Source: an uncultured beta proteobacterium (GTDB taxonomy: Bacteria > Pseudomonadota > Gammaproteobacteria > Burkholderiales > SG8-39). Taken from it: a stretch of 64,000 nucleotides of DNA. The notes beneath the pieces were generated by a model. It was not told the origin of the DNA, did not search any database, and saw only the letters and a program-made list of their open reading frames with translations. The DNA lies in contig CAWHBL010000008.1 in NCBI GenBank assembly GCA_963827555.1, positions 69,135 through 133,134 of the forward strand. The letters are read 5' to 3'. Of the stretch, positions 36,446-43,544 are shown in pieces; within the stretch, counting starts at the first letter, position 1; each line of letters starts with the position of its first letter. A program made the position numbers and the translations under genes.

Positions 36446-37732
36446 ATGGAAGACAAGGCACTTTCCGGGGTTCGGATCCTGGACATGACCCACGTGCAGG
36501 CGGGGCCGACGTGCTCGCAGCTGCTCGCGTGGCTGGGGGCGGACGTCATCAAGTTCGAGCCGCCGCAGGGCGACGCGACGCGCGGGCAGCTCCGCGACGT
36601 GCCCAACGCGGACAGCCTCTACTTCACGATGCTCAACTGCAACAAGCGGTCGATCACCGTGAACATGAAGTCGGCCGAGGGCAAGCAGGTGTTCGTCGAC
36701 CTGCTGAAGAAGTGCGACATCATGATGGAGAACTTCGGCCCCGGCGTGCTCGAGCGGCTCGGGTTCACCTGGGAGAAGATCCACGAGATCAACCCGAGGA
36801 TCGTGGTCGGGTCGATCAAGGGCTTCGGCTCGAGCGGCCCCTACGCCGACTTCAAGGCGTACGAGAACGTCGCGCAGGCGATGGGCGGCGCGATGAGCAC
36901 GACCGGCGTTCCCGAGGGCCCGCCGTTCGTGACCGGGGCGCAAATCGGCGACACCGGCACCGGGCTGCACCTCGCGATCGGGCTGCTCGCGGCGCTGCGT
37001 CACGCCGACCGCACCGGGCAGGGCCAGTACGTGGAAGTGGCGATGATGGACGGGGTGATGAACCTCTGCCGCGTGAAGTTCCGCGACCACCAGCGGCTCA
37101 CGCCGCCAGCCGCTCGCCGAGTACTCGGTGCCGACCTAGCCAGGGCATGGGCGACGGTGCCCGCGGGCCGGGAACGACTCGGGCGGCGGGCAGCTCGGCA
37201 ACGCGATCCACTGCAAGCCGCACGGCCCGAACGACTGGCTGTACGTCGTCGTGCAGGAGGCGGTGTGGGACGCGCTCGCGAAGCGCATCGGGCCCGGACG
37301 TCGGGGTGCCGGACCTCGCGGCCGACCCGCGCCTCGCGAAGATCGCCGAGCGGCGCAAGAACCAGAGCGAGATGTGGCACGCTGATCAACAAGTTCGCCG
37401 AGAAGCACACCAAGCGCGAGTTCATGGCGATCCTCAATCCGCTCGACGTGCCGTGCGGCCCGATCATGTCGACCGAGGACCTGGCGAACGACGAGCACGT
37501 GAAGGGGCGCGACATGTGGGTCGAGCTCGATCACCCGCAGCGCGGCAAGTGGTACAACGTCGGCATGCCGATCAAGCTCTCGGCGTCGCCGGCGAAGATC
37601 GAACGCAGCCCGCTGCTCGGCGAGCACACCGAGGAGATCCTGAAGGAGGTGCTCGGGTACGACGACGCCAGGGTCGCGGCGCTCAAGTCGGCCGGCGCGT
37701 TCAGCGCGCCGGCAAAGGCCAAAGCCGCTTAG
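36446..37732 (+). CDS. frc: Formyl-CoA:oxalate CoA-transferase, with a cluster of about 6 frame changes between 37.10 and 37.39 kb as read
   Basis: MEDKALSGVRILDMTHVQAGPTCSQLLAWLGADVIKFEPP, ENFGPGVLERLGF, MMDGVMNLCRVKFRDHQRL. Pieces in the other frames: QPLAEYSVPT, SQGMGD, VP, RAGNDSGGGQLGNAIHCKPHGPNDWLYVVVQEAVWDALAKRIG, PDLAADPRLAKIAERRKNQSEMW. It then returns to the first frame: LINKFAEKHTKREFMAILNPLDVPCGPIMS...SPLLGEHTEEIL. Confidence 0.85.
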   Translation: MEDKALSGVRILDMTHVQAGPTCSQLLAWLGADVIKFEPPQGDATRGQLRDVPNADSLYFTMLNCNKRSITVNMKSAEGKQVFVDLLKKCDIMMENFGPGVLERLGFTWEKIHEINPRIVVGSIKGFGSSGPYADFKAYENVAQAMGGAMSTTGVPEGPPFVTGAQIGDTGTGLHLAIGLLAALRHADRTGQGQYVEVAMMDGVMNLCRVKFRDHQRLTPPAARRVLGADLARAWATVPAGRERLGRRAARQRDPLQAARPERLAVRRRAGGGVGRAREAHRARTSGCRTSRPTRASRRSPSGARTRARCGTLINKFAEKHTKREFMAILNPLDVPCGPIMSTEDLANDEHVKGRDMWVELDHPQRGKWYNVGMPIKLSASPAKIERSPLLGEHTEEILKEVLGYDDARVAALKSAGAFSAPAKAKAA

Positions 37733-37819
37733 TCCGTCACGCAGGCGTGACGCACTGAAGTCGGCGCGTTGGAGCGGACGGCAAGCCGCCGCTCAACGCA
37801 CCGGAGTCTGGAGAAAATC

Positions 37820-38752
37820 ATGCGTGTTGCGATCATTGGGCAGCAGGATTTCGGCAAAGCGGTGCTCGACGCGTTCCTCGCCCGCGGTGACGACGTCGCC
37901 GGCGTCTTCTGCGCGCCGGAGAAGGCGGGCGCGAAAGCCGACCCGCTGCGCACCGCGGCGGAGGAGAAGGGCCTGAAGGTGTTCCAGTTCGCGTCCCTCC
38001 GCGCACCGGAGGCGCACGCGGCGCTGGAGGGGCTGAAGCCGGACATCGGCATCATGGCGTACGTGCTCCAGTTCGCCCCCGACAGCCTGGTGAAGATCCC
38101 GAAGAACGGGACGCTGCAGTACCACCCGTCGCTGCTCCCGAAGTACCGCGGCCCGAGCTCGATCAACTGGCCGATCATCAAGGGCGAGAAAAAGACCGGC
38201 CTCACGATCTTCCGGCCGAACGAGGGGCTCGACGAAGGGCCCGTCGTGCTGCAGAAGGAGACCCCGATCGGGCCGGACGACACGCTCGGCTCGGTCTACT
38301 TCGAGCGCCTCTTCCCGATGGGCGTGCAGGCGATGATCGAAGCCGCCGACCTCGTCATCGCCGGGAAGCACAAGGAGGTCGTCCAGGACGAGGCCGCGGC
38401 GTCGTACGAGGGCTGGTGCCGGGCGGCCGAGGCGAAGATCGGCTGGGCGACGCACGTCGACTTCGTCTACGACCTCATCCGGGGCACCAACCCCGCCCCG
38501 GGCGCCTGGACCACCCTGAACGGCAAGAAGGTCCAGATCTTCGACGCGCGGAAGCACCTCTTCCGCACCTTCGGCGCGGTGAAGGGCAAGCCGGGCGAAG
38601 TGTCCGAGGTGACCGCCACGAGTTTCTTCGTCACCGCGCAGGGCGGCCGGATCGAGGTGCTCAAGGCGAAGACGGAGGACGGCAAGAAGGCGTCGGGCCC
38701 GGAGGTCGCCGCCGCCGCGGGCATCACCGCGGGCACGCTGCTCGGCACCTGA
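37820..38752 (+). CDS. Formyltransferase-fold protein resembling the N-terminal hydrolase domain of 10-formyl-THF dehydrogenase or Fmt-like enzymes; last gene of the oxc-frc unit
   Basis: MRVAIIGQQDFGKAVLDAF, YHPSLLPKYRGPSSINWPII, GLDEGPVV. C-terminal Fmt-like beta-barrel (NPAPGAWT...GKKVQIF). A terminator follows. Confidence 0.8.
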   Translation: MRVAIIGQQDFGKAVLDAFLARGDDVAGVFCAPEKAGAKADPLRTAAEEKGLKVFQFASLRAPEAHAALEGLKPDIGIMAYVLQFAPDSLVKIPKNGTLQYHPSLLPKYRGPSSINWPIIKGEKKTGLTIFRPNEGLDEGPVVLQKETPIGPDDTLGSVYFERLFPMGVQAMIEAADLVIAGKHKEVVQDEAAASYEGWCRAAEAKIGWATHVDFVYDLIRGTNPAPGAWTTLNGKKVQIFDARKHLFRTFGAVKGKPGEVSEVTATSFFVTAQGGRIEVLKAKTEDGKKASGPEVAAAAGITAGTLLGT

Positions 38753-38777
38753 CCGGCCTGCTCACCGTCAAGCGAAG

Positions 38778-38797
38778 GCCCCCGAAAGGGGGCTTTT
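38778..38797 (+). terminator. Rho-independent terminator after the oxc-frc-formyltransferase unit
   Basis: GCCCCC-GAAA-GGGGGC followed by TTTT, 26 nt after the stop codon. Confidence 0.7.
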
Positions 38798-39190
38798 GCA
38801 TTTGGTCGGGCCGTTGCGAGAGGGCGAGCCGCTTCAAGGGCGCCGCTCCCGCGCTCGGCAGGTCACCGCTCGTTCGCACGCGGCGTCCGCTCGTCACGCG
38901 GGTGACGAGATCCCGGCAAAAAAGTTGACGGATTTCATATCCGACTGCAAGAATGGGGATTATGCTGCTGTTTCTACAGCAACTTAGGGCTGTAGCAGGG
39001 GAGGTGGGCGTGCCCCGAGGGCCGCGCGCGGACGTTCGCCACGCGTGGCCTTCGCCGTCGAGGACTTCTTGCCGCTTGCAGTTCGCGTCGATCGGGGCGC
39101 GAGAAGCGCGAGCGTAGAATCCCCCCGCACGCGCGCCCGAGAAGAATCCGAGCCGAAGAACAACGACAAGAACACACGGGGACGCCTCAG

Positions 39191-41737
39191 GTGAAGACGG
39201 CAGGTTTCTGGCGGAAGGACTGGTTTCTCGGCCTCGCGGTCGCGGTCGTCCTGTTCCTCTTCGCCGGCTCCGACCTGATCCAGAGCCTCGAGCGCAAGGC
39301 CTACGACCTCGGCGTACGCGCCACCGACCGCACGCCGTCCGACCGCATCGCGGTCGTCGCGATCGACGACGCGAGCATCCAGAACATCGGTCGCTGGCCG
39401 TGGCCGCGCGACGTGCACGCCAAGGTCACCGATCTCCTCGCCGGCGGGAAGGCGAAGGCGGTCGGCAACCTCGTGTTCTTCACCGAGCCGCAGCTCGATC
39501 CCGGCCTCGCGTACGTCAACAAGCTCGTGGCCGAGTACCAGAAGGCGGTGCCCGATCCGAACGCGGTCGAGCAGGGTTCCCCGCTCGCGATGATTGGCCA
39601 GCTGCTCGGCGAGGCGGAAAGCGCCCTCAACACCGACCGCAAGCTGGCGGCGAGCTACGAGAAGGCGGGCAACGTGCTGCTGCCGATGCTCTTCGAGCTC
39701 GGCGAGCCGCGCGGCAAACCCGACCGACCGCTGCCGGACTACGTCACGCGGAACGCGCTTGGCGCGGTCGAGACCGCTTCGCCCGAGCTGCCCTTCCCGA
39801 CGTCGGCGAACGTGACCTACCCGATCGACCTGGTGGGCAGGCACACCGCCGGAATCGGCCATTTAAACGCGCGCATCGACGTCGACGGCGCAGTCCGGTC
39901 GGAGCCGCTGGTGCTCGCCCACTTCGACCGGTTCTACCCGTCGCTCGCGACGCTGATCGCGGCGAAGAGCCTCAACCTCGGCGTCGGCGACATCAAGGTC
40001 GGCCTGGGCGAGGGCGTCAGCGTCGGCAACCTTCGGATCAAGACCGATCCGCAGTTGCAGATGTATACGTACTTCTACAAGGACCGCGACGGGCGGCCGG
40101 CGTTCGCGATCGATTCGTTCTTCGACCTGTACTCGGGCAAGGTGCCGGCCGACAAGTACCGCGACAAGATCGTGCTGATCGGCCCGACCGCCGCGGGCCT
40201 CGGCTTCGCCTCGGCGACGCCGGTGTCGCCCGCCATGGCGCCGGTGCTGACGCTCGCCCACGGCGTCTCGTCGATCCTGCTGGAGCACTTCTTCGTCGTG
40301 CCGAGCTGGGGCGTGTGGGCCGAGTACGCCGCGTACCTCGCGGTCGCACTGTATCTGATGATGATGCTGCCGCGGCTCAAGGCGGGGATGGCGGCGGCGG
40401 TGACCGGAACGCTGCTCGTCGCGCTCATCGCCGCCCATTTCGGGCTGATGACGGCGAAGGGCATGTGGCTGCAGCTGATGCTGCCGGCGGTGCTGCTCGT
40501 CCTCGGGCACGTCCTGCTCACGACCAAGCGCTTCCTCATGACCGAGCGCGGGAAGGAGCGGTCGGAGGCGGAGTCGGCGGCATCGAACCGGATGCTCGGG
40601 CTCGCCTATCAGGGCCAGGGCCAGCTCGACATGGCGCTCGACTACTTCCGCAGGTGCCCGGTCGACGACACGGTGCTCGACAACCTCTACAACCTCGCGC
40701 TCGACTTCGAGCGCAAGCGCCAGTTCAACAAGGCCGAAAACGTGTTCCGCTACATGGTGGAGCACAATCCGAAGTTCCGCGACCTCGGCGAGCGGCTCTC
40801 GCGCGCGAAGCAGCTCTCCGAGACGGTGATCTTCGGCGGCGGCGGACCGAAGGGCCACACCCGGATCCTCACCGGCGGGCAGGTGGAAAAGCCGATGCTC
40901 GGCCGCTACCAGGTCGAGAAGGAACTGGGCAAGGGTGCGATGGGCGTCGTCTACCGGGGCAAGGATCCGAAGATCGGCCGCGTGGTGGCGATCAAAACCA
41001 TGGCGCTCGCCCAGGAGTTCGAGGCCGACGAGCTCGAGGACGTGAAGGCGCGCTTCTTCCGCGAGGCGGAGACCGCCGGCCGGCTCAACCACCCCAACAT
41101 CGTCACCATCTTCGACGCCGGCGAGGAGCACGACCTCGCGTACATCGCGATGGAATTCCTGAAGGGCCGCGACCTCGTGCAGTACACGAAGCCGGGGGCG
41201 CTGCTGCCGGTGGAGAAGGTCGTGTCGATCACCGCCCGCGTCGCCAACGCACTCGGCTACGCCCACCGCCAGAACGTCGTCCACCGCGACGTGAAGCCGG
41301 CCAACGTCATGTACGAGCCGGAGTCGGACACCGTGAAGGTCACCGACTTCGGCATCGCCCGCATCACCGACTCGTCGAAGACCAAGACCGGCATGGTGCT
41401 CGGGACGCCGTCCTACATGTCGCCCGAGCAGCTTGCCGGCAAGAAGATCGACGGGCGCTCGGACCTCTTCTCGCTGTCGGTGAGCCTGTATCAGCTGCTC
41501 TGCGGCCGGCTGCCGTTCGACGGCGAGTCGATGGCGCAGCTCATGTTCAAGATCGCGAACGAGCCGGCGCCGGACATCCTGCAGTTCAACCCGAAGCTCC
41601 CGCCGGCGCTGGTGGCGTTCCTCGACCGGGCGATGGCGAAGGAGACGGAGGCGCGCTTCCAGACCGGGGACGAGTTCTCGCAGGCGCTGCGCGCGTCCGT
41701 GGGCACCCAGAAGCCGCAGGTCGACATCACGATATAA
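39191..41737 (+). CDS. CHASE2 sensor-domain transmembrane Ser/Thr protein kinase (Hanks type)
   Basis: GTG start. CHASE2 hallmark IAVVAIDDASIQNIGRWPWPRDVHA. TM cluster at roughly residues 360-450. TPR-like linker. Kinase motifs LGKGAMGVVY, VAIKTM, HRDVKPANVM, DFGIA, GTPSYMSPEQ. Confidence 0.9.
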   Translation: MKTAGFWRKDWFLGLAVAVVLFLFAGSDLIQSLERKAYDLGVRATDRTPSDRIAVVAIDDASIQNIGRWPWPRDVHAKVTDLLAGGKAKAVGNLVFFTEPQLDPGLAYVNKLVAEYQKAVPDPNAVEQGSPLAMIGQLLGEAESALNTDRKLAASYEKAGNVLLPMLFELGEPRGKPDRPLPDYVTRNALGAVETASPELPFPTSANVTYPIDLVGRHTAGIGHLNARIDVDGAVRSEPLVLAHFDRFYPSLATLIAAKSLNLGVGDIKVGLGEGVSVGNLRIKTDPQLQMYTYFYKDRDGRPAFAIDSFFDLYSGKVPADKYRDKIVLIGPTAAGLGFASATPVSPAMAPVLTLAHGVSSILLEHFFVVPSWGVWAEYAAYLAVALYLMMMLPRLKAGMAAAVTGTLLVALIAAHFGLMTAKGMWLQLMLPAVLLVLGHVLLTTKRFLMTERGKERSEAESAASNRMLGLAYQGQGQLDMALDYFRRCPVDDTVLDNLYNLALDFERKRQFNKAENVFRYMVEHNPKFRDLGERLSRAKQLSETVIFGGGGPKGHTRILTGGQVEKPMLGRYQVEKELGKGAMGVVYRGKDPKIGRVVAIKTMALAQEFEADELEDVKARFFREAETAGRLNHPNIVTIFDAGEEHDLAYIAMEFLKGRDLVQYTKPGALLPVEKVVSITARVANALGYAHRQNVVHRDVKPANVMYEPESDTVKVTDFGIARITDSSKTKTGMVLGTPSYMSPEQLAGKKIDGRSDLFSLSVSLYQLLCGRLPFDGESMAQLMFKIANEPAPDILQFNPKLPPALVAFLDRAMAKETEARFQTGDEFSQALRASVGTQKPQVDITI

Positions 41738-41739
41738 GA

Positions 41740-42564
41740 ATGAATTTGAGCCAGGCCCTCGAAATCGCCAGTTGCACCGACCCCGGCATCGTGCGCTCGC
41801 ACAATGAGGACTCGATCGCGGCCGACGCCTCGAAGGGTCTGGTCGTGCTCGCCGACGGCATGGGCGGCTACAACGCGGGCGAGGTCGCGAGCGGCATGGC
41901 GACCACCGTCATCACCACCGAGCTGCAGCACCTGCTCGAGGACACCCCGCCGTACAAGATCGAGCCGGCGACCGGCAAGCCGTTCGCCGACCGGCTGCTG
42001 CGCGAGCAGATCGCCAAGGCGAACACGTCGATTTTCCAGGCCGCGCAGAGCCAGCCGCAGTACTCGGGCATGGGCACCACCCTGGTAGCGGCCATGTTCT
42101 ACGACAACAAGGTGACGCTCGCGCACATCGGCGACTCCCGCGCCTACCGCCTGCGCGGCGAGGCGTTCGAGCAGCTCACCCGCGACCATTCGCTGCTCCA
42201 GGAGCAGATCGACAGCGGGATGATCACGCCGGAGCAGGCGAAGTTCTCGCAGAACAAGAACCTGGTGACGCGCGCGCTCGGGATCGACCCGACGGTCGAG
42301 CCGGAGATCCAGGTCTACCCGACCCAGACCGGCGACGTCTACCTGCTCTGTTCGGACGGGCTGAACGACATGGTCACCGACGAGGACATCGGCATGACGC
42401 TCCAGACGCTGTCGGCGAACCTCCGGCTCGCCGCGCAGCAGCTGGTGCAGATGGCGAACGACAACGGCGGGCGCGACAACGTGTCCGTGATTCTGGTACG
42501 GGTGGTGAAGGACTACGCCGCACCGCGCGGCTGGGTCGCGAGGTTCTTCAGCTGGCTGCGATAG
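41740..42564 (+). CDS. PP2C-family Ser/Thr protein phosphatase
   Basis: Starts 2 nt after the kinase stop. RSHNEDS, VLADGMGG, GTTLVAA, HIGDSRAY, LCSDGL, DNVSVILV. Confidence 0.9.
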   Translation: MNLSQALEIASCTDPGIVRSHNEDSIAADASKGLVVLADGMGGYNAGEVASGMATTVITTELQHLLEDTPPYKIEPATGKPFADRLLREQIAKANTSIFQAAQSQPQYSGMGTTLVAAMFYDNKVTLAHIGDSRAYRLRGEAFEQLTRDHSLLQEQIDSGMITPEQAKFSQNKNLVTRALGIDPTVEPEIQVYPTQTGDVYLLCSDGLNDMVTDEDIGMTLQTLSANLRLAAQQLVQMANDNGGRDNVSVILVRVVKDYAAPRGWVARFFSWLR

Positions 42565-42586
42565 GAACTCGCGCTTTTTTGGGGAA

Positions 42587-43456
42587 ATGGCTATGCCTGC
42601 AAAGTTGATACTCAGTATGGACGGGTTGGTGCTCAAGGAGATCACGCTCGGGAAGGAGCGCACCACCATCGGGCGCAAGCCGCACAACGACATCCAGATC
42701 GACAATCTGGCGGTGTCCGGCGAGCACGCGGTGATCGTGACGATCCTCAACGATTCGTTCCTCGAGGACCTCGGCTCGACCAACGGCACGCTGGTGAACG
42801 GCCAGCCGATCAAGAAGCACTTCCTGCAGTCGAACGACGTGATCGAGCTCGGCAAGTACAAGCTGAAGTACATCAACGACCAGGCCGGGAAGACGACCGC
42901 GCCGCAGGACTTCGAGAAGACCATGGTCCTGCGACCCGGCGCCGCGCCCAAGCCCGGCGGCGCACCGGCCCCCGCCGCCGCGACGTCGCAGGCCATGCCG
43001 ACCATGTCGACCTCGCAACCCTCCCCGGCGATGTCGACCTCGCAGCCGATGAGGTCGGCGGGGCCCGCGACCCTGCCGCCCGCGCCACCGCCCGCGCCGT
43101 CGGCGTCGCAGCCGATGGCTACTTCGCAGGGGATGCCGACGATGGGCACCTCGCAGCCGCTGTCCGCGTCGCAGCCGATCGCGGCCGGGGGCAAGGTGGC
43201 GGCGATCCAGATCCTCTCCGGCGCGAACGCCGGCAAGGAGATGGAGCTCACCAAGGCGCTCACCACCCTCGGCAAGCCGGGCGTGCAGGTCGCGGTCATC
43301 ACCAAGCGGCCGCAGGGGTACTTCATCACCCACGTCGAGGGCGCGAACTTCCCGATCCTCAACGGCAAGCTGCTCGACGCGCAGGCGCATCCGCTCGGCG
43401 ACCACGACATCGTCGAGCTCGCCGGCGTGAAGATGGAGTTCTTCTACAAGACCTGA
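42587..43456 (+). CDS. FHA-domain protein: canonical N-terminal FHA, low-complexity linker with seven [ST]SQ repeats, degenerate FHA-like C-terminal domain
   Basis: N-terminal TTIGRKPHNDIQIDNLAVSGEHAVI...GSTNGTLVNG carries the conserved G-R, S-x-x-H and N-G positions. The C-terminal domain (LGKPGVQVAVI...ILNGKLL) lacks the Arg/Ser/His set. Confidence 0.88.
   Translation: MAMPAKLILSMDGLVLKEITLGKERTTIGRKPHNDIQIDNLAVSGEHAVIVTILNDSFLEDLGSTNGTLVNGQPIKKHFLQSNDVIELGKYKLKYINDQAGKTTAPQDFEKTMVLRPGAAPKPGGAPAPAAATSQAMPTMSTSQPSPAMSTSQPMRSAGPATLPPAPPPAPSASQPMATSQGMPTMGTSQPLSASQPIAAGGKVAAIQILSGANAGKEMELTKALTTLGKPGVQVAVITKRPQGYFITHVEGANFPILNGKLLDAQAHPLGDHDIVELAGVKMEFFYKT
42980..43177 (+). repeat. Imperfect in-frame coding repeats giving seven [AST][ST]SQ[PAG] motifs
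   Basis: ATSQA, STSQP, STSQP, SASQP, ATSQG, GTSQP, SASQP. The recurring DNA core is TCGCAGCC(G). Confidence 0.8.
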
Positions 43457-43544
43457 GCCGGGCGCCGCGACCCCCGGCCGAGCCGAACGCTGAAGCGCCG
43501 ATGACCGTCGCTCATCGCGCATCCTTCGTCGTCGACCGCGGCCG

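Noticed and set aside
37736-37751. Palindrome GTCACGC-AG-GCGTGAC just after the frc stop as an operator or terminator
   Set aside because: The loop is too short for a stable hairpin. There is no T-tract. The half-sites are in the opposite orientation to the TTGAC/GTCAA boxes. It could be coincidental at this GC content.
42980-43177. TSQ-coding repeats as a CRISPR array or non-coding tandem repeat
   Set aside because: The repeats are short (about 9-24 nt), imperfect, in frame and inside a well-supported ORF. There is no repeat-spacer periodicity.
39191-43456. Kinase/PP2C/FHA triad as a type VI secretion threonine-phosphorylation switch
   Set aside because: The window has no TssA-M, Hcp, VgrG or ClpV genes. 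The kinase has a CHASE2 sensor rather than a PpkA vWA domain.
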